Sequence record: NC_025447.1
Reading direction: 5' to 3' (one strand)
Length of the DNA: 64,000 nt
Origin: Escherichia phage 121Q
The position numbers were made by a program, and so were the translations under genes. Shown here piece by piece: positions 56,327 to 64,000 of the stretch. A model generated the notes under the pieces. It made no database searches and was not told the DNA's origin. It saw nothing but the letters and a program-made list of their open reading frames with translations. Each line of letters begins with the position of its first letter. The stretch's first letter is position 1.

Positions 56327-56746
56327 ATGATTACATTCATTCAGTACTTAATCATTAAATTTTTTGGCTATTATACGATTGAGGGCAAAGCTACGCTTGC
56401 ACATAAAATCTTTGTAGCATTATGTACGGGTGATTATGACGTATTGAATAAGTACTGTAAATCTAAAGAATGTATTGATATAATGGCACTTCGTATCTAT
56501 GAGTGCCGATCCAATAGATACAATTTTTACCAGTACAGATTTGATAAAGAAGAATTTGATAGCATCAAAATGCTAAAGAATTTATGTAACAATAAAAAGA
56601 ATATGCATATATCAGAATTTGTTGCTTTGTATTTTTATTTAAAAAGTTCATTGTATATGAACACGATGCAAAGATTCGATACTAGAATTAATGTATTCAC
56701 CGATAAAGAATTTTATATATACGATAAATTCTTAGATAAGGTTTAA
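56327..56746 (+). CDS. hypothetical protein
   Basis: 139-aa ORF. Confidence 0.5.
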   Translation: MITFIQYLIIKFFGYYTIEGKATLAHKIFVALCTGDYDVLNKYCKSKECIDIMALRIYECRSNRYNFYQYRFDKEEFDSIKMLKNLCNNKKNMHISEFVALYFYLKSSLYMNTMQRFDTRINVFTDKEFYIYDKFLDKV

Positions 56747-56747
56747 T

Positions 56748-57245
56748 ATGACAACTGTTTATATTGATAAACGATTAAATTTATTGATTACCGATTCTAG
56801 AGTTACGTCAACTATACCACGAAACTTATTTGGTTTTTTCCCACTAAGACCAAAATATCAATATGGAGTTGTTAATCAAAAAACTTTATATGTACATGAC
56901 CGTTTATTCAGTGCTAGTGGGTCAGTAAGTGAAATTGATAAAGTACTGGATTGGTTAATTAATAAAGTACCAGTTATACCTGACAGAAAGTTAAGTTGCC
57001 ATTGTGTGCTTCTTTCTAAAGATTATGTTATTCATATGATTTTAACTAAAGGAAAGTTTATTAAAAAACTTGAATATCTACATGAAGACTACACTTTCTT
57101 TATGGGAAGTGGTGGAGAATACATGGTAGATGCTGCTATTCATGAAGAACATACAACTTTATATGATAAAGTGTTTAGTACTTTCATGGATGTGCATAAC
57201 CATGATTGCTTCACAGATGATAATATTAATGTATATCGATTTTGA
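56748..57245 (+). CDS. HslV/proteasome beta-like Ntn-hydrolase peptidase (putative)
   Basis: Starts MTTVYIDKR (Thr directly after Met, cf. HslV MTTIVSVRR); FFMGSGGEYMVDAA matches HslV IAIGSGGPYAQAA; Gly/Ser-rich FSASGSVSE at the position of HslV GFAGGTADAF; 165 aa. Confidence 0.5.
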   Translation: MTTVYIDKRLNLLITDSRVTSTIPRNLFGFFPLRPKYQYGVVNQKTLYVHDRLFSASGSVSEIDKVLDWLINKVPVIPDRKLSCHCVLLSKDYVIHMILTKGKFIKKLEYLHEDYTFFMGSGGEYMVDAAIHEEHTTLYDKVFSTFMDVHNHDCFTDDNINVYRF

Positions 57246-57266
57246 TTTCGTCATTAGGAGATGTAA

Positions 57267-58232
57267 GTGAAAAAGCTTGATTTAAATACAATTGCCGAAG
57301 AAGTTCTGGATGAATGTTTTTCTAATGAAGAAGTCAACACACTAGAAGCCTTAGATTTCGTTGAAGATAAAGATGAAAATGAAGGTAAAGTACAAAGCAG
57401 TTTCAAATATAATATTACACTTAAGCGACCACCAAATGTTTCCAATGAAGATCTAATTCGTGATATTCAAGCTGGTATCAATGTAAAGAAAAACACTGAA
57501 CTGTTAGTTCGTTACAATTATGGACTTATTATTGATGTAGCAAGTAAATGTACTTGTTATATCCCATTTGAAGATAAGATTTCATATGGTGTTGAGGGGT
57601 TCATGAGAGCACTAAAAACCTTTGATCTTAATAAGAATGTGAAGTTCATTACCTATGCTTCTTCTAGTATTTACATGACAGTTTATAACGAAAGTTCTGA
57701 CGCTAACTATATGGTACACTTCCCACGTTATATGAGTGTTCATAAGATCAAAGTAAAAAGATTCTGTCAGGAATATATGCGTAAACATGGTGTTCGCCCA
57801 ACTCCTGAAATAATCTCAGAGGGTACTGGGATTGAGATTCAGCATGTTAATAACTGTTTGTTATTTCAAAGCGAATACACTTCTCTGGATGCACCATTAG
57901 ACGGTGTTACCGATGGTACACTAGGTGACATTATTCATTCACCTGCTTCTGATTTTAACCTCAATGTTGATAGTATTCGTGCACCTTTACGTTATGCTAT
58001 CAATGAACTGACTAACGAATTGAGTACTAAAGAACGTGAGATTATCCAGCGTGTTCATGGTCTAGGTGAATATGAACCTGAAACGCTTCGTGAGATTGCT
58101 GATAATGGTTTTGTTGATGATAATGGAAAATATGTTAAATCCCGTTCATCAATACATCGAAAGTACAGTGAAGCTATGCAAAAGCTTAAGAAGCTAGTAC
58201 TTGCAAAAGGGTACGAATACGAAGATTTCTAA
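57267..58232 (+). CDS. sigma-70 family RNA polymerase sigma factor (regions 2 and 4)
   Basis: Region 2-like LVRYNYGLIIDVASK...GVEGFMRALKTFD...KFITYASSSIYMTV; region 4 HTH-like EREIIQRVHGL...ETLREIADNGF...SRSSIHRKYSEAMQKLKK; GTG start after AGGAG. Confidence 0.7.
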   Translation: MKKLDLNTIAEEVLDECFSNEEVNTLEALDFVEDKDENEGKVQSSFKYNITLKRPPNVSNEDLIRDIQAGINVKKNTELLVRYNYGLIIDVASKCTCYIPFEDKISYGVEGFMRALKTFDLNKNVKFITYASSSIYMTVYNESSDANYMVHFPRYMSVHKIKVKRFCQEYMRKHGVRPTPEIISEGTGIEIQHVNNCLLFQSEYTSLDAPLDGVTDGTLGDIIHSPASDFNLNVDSIRAPLRYAINELTNELSTKEREIIQRVHGLGEYEPETLREIADNGFVDDNGKYVKSRSSIHRKYSEAMQKLKKLVLAKGYEYEDF

Positions 58233-58240
58233 AGAAAAAA

Positions 58241-58265
58241 GGTTGGCTTATGCCAACCTTTTTTT
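58241..58265 (+). terminator. intrinsic terminator
   Basis: GGTTGGCTTATGCCAACC hairpin followed by T7 run. Confidence 0.65.
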
Positions 58266-58269
58266 ATGG

Positions 58270-58790
58270 GATGAAGTAAAAGTTTGTGATATAATTATCT
58301 TGTACAATTCTGTTGGCATGATATTCATGTACCTGATCCACTCGAAAACGTAGAGGGCAGTTGAGCAGTCCGACAGTGCGAACAGCAAAAGAAACCCGTT
58401 AGATGTGGGCATAGTTTGAACCCCTCACGGCAATGCGGCTGTATAAAGAACCACGTTAGGATAGCTGGTGGTTCCTTGATAGACATATAAGGATAACACC
58501 TTACGAATTATCTAAGGGAGAGTTATCAAATTTTGTACAGGAAAGTTGCGTCCAGAATTTGAGTACTCACATTAAGTATTTGATTGCATAGATACTTAAT
58601 GAAGATACACTATGTTTAAAAGTGTAGACCGTCATATGAAACTGAAGTAGAGAGAAACAGGATGACCCGCTTTCGCACTCGTTATGAGTAATCTTCAATG
58701 CAATAGCTCTGATACCATCAGCGTCAAATTTCCCTCCTTGTGGGGGGAAGAAAAATCCCTTCCTCAAATCCCGTCAATATTAAAAGTCCT
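58270..58790 (+). other. GC-richer non-coding region (candidate structured RNA or gene remnant)
   Basis: About 520 nt without a convincing ORF between terminator and next promoter; visibly higher GC than flanks. Confidence 0.3.
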
Positions 58791-58818
58791 TGACAGTTAT
58801 TAATCATTCGCGTAGAAT
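58790..58818 (+). promoter_or_regulatory. sigma70-type promoter
   Basis: TTGACA, 17-nt spacer, TAGAAT. Confidence 0.5.
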
Positions 58819-58882
58819 ACGTAGTATTAGAAGCGAACAGACATCTCGAAGAGATGGATGATTAACCATTAAGGAATATCCA

Positions 58883-59092
58883 ATGAATTCAGTAATCTTT
58901 TTAGTAGTCGCTTTCTCTGTTAATTCCGGTATACAAATAACCCCAATGAATTCCATGAATCAATGCATAGCAGTACGTGATAGTACATACGAACAAGTAA
59001 ACAAAGATATTTGGATTACAGTTAATAAAGAACAAATGTGGTGTTACAATAGTAATACTAACACAAAGCTTATTGTAGGACAAACTCAATGA
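58883..59092 (+). CDS. hypothetical small protein with N-terminal hydrophobic segment
   Basis: 69-aa ORF with AAGGAA RBS. Confidence 0.5.
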   Translation: MNSVIFLVVAFSVNSGIQITPMNSMNQCIAVRDSTYEQVNKDIWITVNKEQMWCYNSNTNTKLIVGQTQ

Positions 59093-59319
59093 GTTATGGT
59101 GTTCGTTTTGAGATTCGTTCTATTGTCATCGATGCAGAGAAACAAGTATCGTTAGATGGTGATATACGTGAAATTTATCTATCATGTATCCGTGCGAAAT
59201 CTGAAGCAGATGCCTTAGTACAAATGTATAGTTTTAACTTTTCAAATGGATTCTATTTGGTACGAGTTGTTGAAGTTAAAAAAGTAATTCTTGGTTGTTG
59301 CATAGAAGGAATAATGTAA
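59089..59319 (+). CDS. hypothetical protein
   Basis: 76-aa ORF, ATGA overlap. Confidence 0.5.
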   Translation: MSYGVRFEIRSIVIDAEKQVSLDGDIREIYLSCIRAKSEADALVQMYSFNFSNGFYLVRVVEVKKVILGCCIEGIM

Positions 59320-60108
59320 ATGAGCACTATCGATGAACTGATTCAACGGAATTCAAAATATTACCAACCATCAGAAATTGTGGATAACATTACTAAATCT
59401 GAGTTTGGACCGAACACACGCAAACTCATTCATGTAATGTCACGTGATGGCTTTAAATGTGATTGTTGTGGTGAATCAAATGTAGTATTCACTTTACACA
59501 AGCACAGTACTAAAGAACGTTATAAATTCAGACCTTATGTACTTAAAGGGAAACGCCTTGTACGCATGACGTTAGACCATAATGTACTGGACTGTCTTCA
59601 GGGCGGTAATGATAAAGAGAACATGACTGCATTGTGTGAAGATTGTAACGCATTACGCCAGCATAAGTTTGCTGAGTACAGTGAGTTTAAACACTGGTAT
59701 CATAACGCGGATCGTTCAATCGAGCCTGACGTTAACTACTGCTTCATTGAGTACATTAAGAATGCCAAAGATACATACATTCTTAAATCAATGTCACCTA
59801 TTACCGTGTTTCCTGAGAACCTATTCACTACATTAAAGAATAGTTTTATTGTCGGTGATATTGATGCATTCAAGTATTTTGACAAAGGTGCAAAACATTT
59901 TGAAATTCAATGTCTTAGTACTGCACTATGTAAACTCATTAAAATTTACATAAAAGAGTATTTGGGTATTGACAATGTACGTGTACCAGAGTATACTTTT
60001 TCTATTGAATTCGATTGTGAATCAATTAAAGAGTTTGGAATTCTTTTCAATAAACAAATAGAACTTGCAATTCAAAACGAAATCAAGTACTATACTACTA
60101 ACATTTAA
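59320..60108 (+). CDS. HNH endonuclease (free-standing, homing-endonuclease-like)
   Basis: CDCCGESN ... MTLDHNVLDCLQGGNDKENMTALCEDCNALRQH: Cys pairs plus H-N-H catalytic pattern. Confidence 0.75.
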   Translation: MSTIDELIQRNSKYYQPSEIVDNITKSEFGPNTRKLIHVMSRDGFKCDCCGESNVVFTLHKHSTKERYKFRPYVLKGKRLVRMTLDHNVLDCLQGGNDKENMTALCEDCNALRQHKFAEYSEFKHWYHNADRSIEPDVNYCFIEYIKNAKDTYILKSMSPITVFPENLFTTLKNSFIVGDIDAFKYFDKGAKHFEIQCLSTALCKLIKIYIKEYLGIDNVRVPEYTFSIEFDCESIKEFGILFNKQIELAIQNEIKYYTTNI

Positions 60109-60123
60109 TCAGAGGAAATTATC

Positions 60124-60306
60124 ATGCAAATTATCATTCTTATCGTTGGCATCATGCTGGGTGTTTACGGTCACTCCTGGATGAACGAGAAGTTTCCTAA
60201 TACGCGTCCTGAGTATTGCAGTACTAATGTATTCCAGAATGGTGAGAAACCAAAGGAAAGTATTGGTAAAAAGCTGGACAAAGTACTTGATGTGATCAAT
60301 GAATAA
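60124..60306 (+). CDS. hypothetical small membrane protein
   Basis: MQIIILIVGIMLGVYG hydrophobic N-terminus. Confidence 0.45.
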   Translation: MQIIILIVGIMLGVYGHSWMNEKFPNTRPEYCSTNVFQNGEKPKESIGKKLDKVLDVINE

Positions 60307-60517
60307 GGGCCATAAAATGTTTAAACCGAATTCCAATGTTGGAAAGAAAGTTCAATTACTTGAGGATGTATCCACTCTGAGTGGAATTTTCCCAAGAGGT
60401 CACATCATGACTATTATTGCCGAAACATCCCGTGGTTGGGACTTGGAAGATGCTGATGGTAATCGCATCCTTGAAGCTGGCTTCTATGGTCATCGTGAAT
60501 ATAAAATTATCGATTAA
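60299..60517 (+). CDS. hypothetical protein
   Basis: 72-aa ORF; start may be at 60317. Confidence 0.45.
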   Translation: MNKGHKMFKPNSNVGKKVQLLEDVSTLSGIFPRGHIMTIIAETSRGWDLEDADGNRILEAGFYGHREYKIID

Positions 60518-60614
60518 GGATATAAAATGATGTTAGAGGCTATCGTTGGTATTGTTAGTTTTAGTCATCTGTGTTGCTTGCTTTGGGTATATGATGATTT
60601 TTGGTGATTAATAC

Positions 60615-60642
60615 TTGACAGAAGATATCAGTACTGTATAAT
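60615..60642 (+). promoter_or_regulatory. sigma70-type early promoter
   Basis: TTGACA, 16-nt spacer containing CAGTACTG, TATAAT. Confidence 0.6.
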
Positions 60643-60687
60643 GTTTATATCAAACGAAATCCACTTTAACAAATGATAGGAAATATT

Positions 60688-60966
60688 ATGTCTTTTTCTA
60701 AAGAAGAACGTGACCTTATTAAAAAAGCAATTTGGTTTTATGCTAATGAAGGGAAGTGCGATGAAGAAAAAGCACGTGAACTGTGTAATATCCTTGAGAA
60801 GAAACAAGAACTGAAAGTGTATCGTATCCGTGATTTGGATGAAGGGGATCGTATTGTCCTAGCTGAAACAAAAGAAGAAGCAGAACAAATCTTCACTGAT
60901 AAAAACGAAAATCCACATTGGATGGAAGAAGTCTGTGATGTTAAAAAAGGTACTTATATCGATTGA
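60688..60966 (+). CDS. hypothetical protein
   Basis: ORF; ATG at 60688 after AGGAAA (track 60673). Confidence 0.5.
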   Translation: MSFSKEERDLIKKAIWFYANEGKCDEEKARELCNILEKKQELKVYRIRDLDEGDRIVLAETKEEAEQIFTDKNENPHWMEEVCDVKKGTYID

Positions 60967-60991
60967 CAGTACTGAATAATAGCAGTATAAT
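60963..60991 (+). promoter_or_regulatory. sigma70-type early promoter
   Basis: TTGACA GTACTGAATAATAGCAG TATAAT. Confidence 0.6.
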
Positions 60992-61084
60992 GTTTATATC
61001 AAAGGGAATGCAGTGAAAGGAAAGACAGCATAATCGTACTCGTCACTGCGTTCCCGCCCTTTTAAATTAAATGAGGAATTAACT

Positions 61085-61393
61085 ATGTTTCAAACTAACA
61101 CTCAAGGTTTTGTAATCATCGATTTGAATCAAAACAGCGGTTATTGGATGAAACCTACTGACGCATGTATGCAGTTTGATTTCTTAGGTTACAGAATTAG
61201 TGTAAGTACTGGTGCTTCTGTACTGAGAGGTGGTTGTATCGTTGAACATCTGGTAACTGATCCAGAAGGTCGTGAGTATGAAATCGCAGGTTCAGTACAA
61301 GATGCCATTATGTTTGTATGTCAGCGTGAAATGAATGGTTCGAACTCAAATGCACTGACTCATGCTCTTTCTCAAGAAGTGGAGGTTCGTTAA
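61085..61393 (+). CDS. hypothetical protein
   Basis: 102-aa ORF with GAGGAA RBS. Confidence 0.55.
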   Translation: MFQTNTQGFVIIDLNQNSGYWMKPTDACMQFDFLGYRISVSTGASVLRGGCIVEHLVTDPEGREYEIAGSVQDAIMFVCQREMNGSNSNALTHALSQEVEVR

Positions 61394-61644
61394 TGAAATA
61401 CATTGTAGCAGTACTCGTCGCATTTTTACTCACTGCATGTGATGCTTCAACCAAAGAACGCACAAGTGATTTTGAACTCCCTACTGAATTAAAAGAAGCA
61501 GGATGTAAGATTTATCGTATGCAACAGGAAGGTGCTGGTGCAACGTTGTATACAGTTTATTGTCCTAATGCAAACACCAGTACTGGATACACTAGCGGAA
61601 AAACACGAATCAACACTTCAGTGATTAATGGAGTACAACAATGA
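61393..61644 (+). CDS. putative lipoprotein
   Basis: MKYIVAVLVAFLLTAC: signal peptide with lipobox L-T-A-C. Confidence 0.6.
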   Translation: MKYIVAVLVAFLLTACDASTKERTSDFELPTELKEAGCKIYRMQQEGAGATLYTVYCPNANTSTGYTSGKTRINTSVINGVQQ

Positions 61645-62009
61645 GCCTTGATACAACCCGTGCAACAGATTTATTCACTCGTCTGAATGATGAAGAATAT
61701 CTTGCTGAAATAAAGTACAAGCTTGAAAAACTGGCTCGAAGTGCTGAAGTAATTGAAGTTAAAGGTCATTTACCAATGGATCAATTCCATACGTTCAAAG
61801 AAGATATGGTTTATTATCCAAATGAAATTTGGATTGAGTGGGAACATTGGACTAACAAAACTCTACGCATTGAAGGTTATTGTGTGAATTATGAATCTGA
61901 ACCTGGTGATGTTACAAAAACTCTCTCCATTTGGTGTACAAAAACACATGAACTAGTTGAGGTGAATTTGAATTATATGAAAGGTTTCCGTTGGGGTGAT
62001 ATTCAATGA
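61641..62009 (+). CDS. hypothetical protein
   Basis: 122-aa ORF. Confidence 0.5.
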   Translation: MSLDTTRATDLFTRLNDEEYLAEIKYKLEKLARSAEVIEVKGHLPMDQFHTFKEDMVYYPNEIWIEWEHWTNKTLRIEGYCVNYESEPGDVTKTLSIWCTKTHELVEVNLNYMKGFRWGDIQ

Positions 62010-62281
62010 TTAAAAAACTATTGACAGTTGTCTTTGTATTCTGTACAATGTTTCTTACAGCATGTAATGATGACGGCAGGTTTAGTGCAAAAGACTTAGT
62101 TCGTCAGGATTGTACATTCACAGGCAAGTCTTTTATTAACGAGTATGAAATATGTACACAATCAGGTCGTATCTGTGGTGGTTGGGAAAAACGTCAGGAG
62201 CGATTGTATGTATATGAATGCCCTGGACATCACAACAAAGTACTAAGCACACACAAACTTGTTTATGATAAGGTTGAATAA
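62006..62281 (+). CDS. putative lipoprotein
   Basis: MIKKLLTVVFVFCTMFLTAC: signal peptide with lipobox L-T-A-C; Cys-rich mature part. Confidence 0.6.
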   Translation: MIKKLLTVVFVFCTMFLTACNDDGRFSAKDLVRQDCTFTGKSFINEYEICTQSGRICGGWEKRQERLYVYECPGHHNKVLSTHKLVYDKVE

Positions 62282-62496
62282 TGACTACCAATGAAATGAT
62301 GCAGGTTATTTGGGATAAAGGTTGTGATATTAAAATCACCAGTACTGAAGTTCGTGTATTCAAAACAGAATATATGGAGTACTTGGACCTTGATACTTAT
62401 AATAATATTGTATCAATTGAACACAAAGGTGCAGTACTGGAAACGATTGATGTAGTTCTCAAGAAAGCTACCGACCTATTAGGAGTGGTAGTGTGA
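62281..62496 (+). CDS. hypothetical protein
   Basis: 71-aa ORF. Confidence 0.5.
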   Translation: MTTNEMMQVIWDKGCDIKITSTEVRVFKTEYMEYLDLDTYNNIVSIEHKGAVLETIDVVLKKATDLLGVVV

Positions 62497-62647
62497 ATAA
62501 CAAAGAGTGGGAAGATTACCGCAAGAAGTGCCGAGAGTTTGATAAAGAACTCACAGGTGCAGTGAACGCGGTAATGTGGGTATCTGCAATTATTGCAGTA
62601 CTTGGTTTGGGTGCTATTATTATTAATAAATTATTCTAAGGACTAAT

Positions 62648-62848
62648 ATGTTTACTTTATATCTTGCAGTAGTACTAACTAATGGTGAAATCACTCGCAC
62701 CGTTGGTGAAGGTGTATATAAAACACCTGATCAGTGTTACTCTGCAACTCATTGGCCTCGTGATGCTGGTGATGAAACTCGCACTGAATACAAATGTATG
62801 AAGGTTAAAGGTGACTTTGTAAATCTAAAGGTTATTGAGACTAAGTAA
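62648..62848 (+). CDS. hypothetical small protein with N-terminal hydrophobic segment
   Basis: 66-aa ORF. Confidence 0.45.
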   Translation: MFTLYLAVVLTNGEITRTVGEGVYKTPDQCYSATHWPRDAGDETRTEYKCMKVKGDFVNLKVIETK

Positions 62849-63366
62849 TGGATATTAATGAGTTGTTGAAATTAGTGTTTAATCGTGAACGCCGCGATAC
62901 AAGACCAATTGAATATCAAGATGTGATACGCATTGAAACTGATTTCTGTTATGGTAAAACAACTCATGATCTTTTGAATCTCTCTGGAAAACGCTATGCT
63001 GATGTTTGTTTTTCAGAGAGAAGTGATGGTTCAGAAATAACAAGTACTGATATTGTTTGTTACGCACGCAGTGCTGATAAATCTTATGAAATAGAACTTA
63101 TATATTCCCCTAGTTCTAAAACAAATCATCACCGCCATATTTTATATGATGTTTACACACCACCTGGTATTGCTGAATATTTTGTTATTGATTATAGTAC
63201 TGAAGAAAATGTGTTTCAACAAAGTTTGATTCATAACTTTGAGGTGAATGATCCATTAGTACCAAAGTTGTTCAAACTACTTGACACCATCGATGTTGAC
63301 TTTGAATTTGTTATGTGCATTAGAACTTCTTTATTCAATGAATTCATGGAACTTTTTAATATATGA
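62848..63366 (+). CDS. EE-x-FFQ-x-S motif family protein (member 21, distal copy)
   Basis: EENVFQQSLIHNFEV. Confidence 0.55.
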   Translation: MDINELLKLVFNRERRDTRPIEYQDVIRIETDFCYGKTTHDLLNLSGKRYADVCFSERSDGSEITSTDIVCYARSADKSYEIELIYSPSSKTNHHRHILYDVYTPPGIAEYFVIDYSTEENVFQQSLIHNFEVNDPLVPKLFKLLDTIDVDFEFVMCIRTSLFNEFMELFNI

Positions 63367-63584
63367 ATAGATACTATGTTGTGTATGAACACGTCTCTGA
63401 ATTTAATAACATACGCGGGTTTTCCAGAGTAGTCACCAAGATGGATGTATTCATTCGTGCTCTTAGTGAAGTAGATGCACTGTTTAAATTGTTTGATGAA
63501 ATTACAAAGTATAACACACCCAAAACACACCGCTATGTGGAAACTGTACATAGCATTATGCTAACTGAAAGTGATGAGGAATGA
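63363..63584 (+). CDS. hypothetical protein
   Basis: 73-aa ORF. Confidence 0.5.
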   Translation: MNRYYVVYEHVSEFNNIRGFSRVVTKMDVFIRALSEVDALFKLFDEITKYNTPKTHRYVETVHSIMLTESDEE

Positions 63585-63587
63585 TAA

Positions 63588-63806
63588 ATGAATTTATATC
63601 TAGTTGAAGGTTTAGTACAAGTCTATAAACCAGAAGGTGAAGGTCAACGTTTTTCACACGTAGAAGAATTTAAGTACGTTGTACAGGCTGATGGTCAGTA
63701 CGATGCGGAAATTCAAGTAGATGAATCATTCCGTAAGAAAAATGAAATTGGTAAATTTCAATACCAGAACTTACAATACAAAGTATGGCCTAGCATAAAT
63801 GACTAA
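63588..63806 (+). CDS. hypothetical protein
   Basis: 72-aa ORF. Confidence 0.5.
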   Translation: MNLYLVEGLVQVYKPEGEGQRFSHVEEFKYVVQADGQYDAEIQVDESFRKKNEIGKFQYQNLQYKVWPSIND

Positions 63807-63807
63807 G

Positions 63808-64000
63808 ATGTGGTGGTGTCATGGTGTATATAACGTGTATGTAAATGGTAGATATAAAATGTCTAGTACCTATGCAAGACGTGTTAATGCGAACAACCAA
63901 GTTGATGCTGCCTGTGAGATCATTGAGTGGTATGCTGAGTTCAATGCACCTGACTATATGTACGAAATAGTTACAATAAATGTTGTACAAATAGATACAT
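63808..64000 (+). CDS. hypothetical protein, 3'-truncated by window edge
   Basis: ORF from ATG 63808 runs open to the window end. Confidence 0.35.
   Translation, partial: MWWCHGVYNVYVNGRYKMSSTYARRVNANNQVDAACEIIEWYAEFNAPDYMYEIVTINVVQIDT

Noticed and set aside
58567-58767. 66-aa minus-strand ORF inside the GC-rich island
   Set aside because: No promoter or RBS on the minus strand; the region is more plausibly non-coding.
58270-60108. Group I intron carrying the HNH endonuclease
   Set aside because: The HNH ORF has its own promoter and RBS and is not embedded in a split host gene; the upstream sigma gene is intact. I could not recognise intron core elements by eye, so this stays only a possibility noted under the GC-rich island.

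Overview
This window reads as the early/accessory region of a large, low-GC, T4-like lytic phage. Nearly all genes sit on the + strand in tight arrays with overlapping ATGA/TAATG stop-start junctions, many sigma70-type TTGACA-N17-TATAAT promoters and hairpin-plus-U-run terminators. Genes I can recognise from motifs: a 5'-truncated Dda-like helicase, an IF3-like translation initiation factor, a KTSC-domain protein, topoisomerase II large (fused gp39/gp60-type) and medium (gp52-type) subunits, a GroES-like co-chaperonin, an RFC/gp44-like AAA+ ATPase, a HAD hydrolase, DexA-like exonuclease, a LemA-like membrane protein, a C5 cytosine methyltransferase, a possible PD-(D/E)xK nuclease, an HslV-like Ntn peptidase, a sigma-70 family factor with regions 2 and 4, and an HNH endonuclease. 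A tRNA cluster holds Ser(UGA), a type-II tRNA, Met/Ile(CAU), Asn(GUU) and Thr(UGU), plus two atypical tRNA-like elements. The most striking feature is a massively expanded family of at least 21 small paralogous proteins (about 117-172 aa) with divergent N-terminal parts and a shared C-proximal motif [E/D]E-x-[F/L/Y]-F-Q-x-S-[T/L]-[I/V]-x-D, usually followed by G-x-T-F-E-D-I-like residues; I could not match it to any family I know and treat it as the candidate novel system. A second small tandem family begins MTHEEWM and is interleaved with the tRNAs. No CRISPR array, integrase or transposase was seen. All calls come from reading the sequence and ORF translations; no database search was run, and most start codons are approximate.
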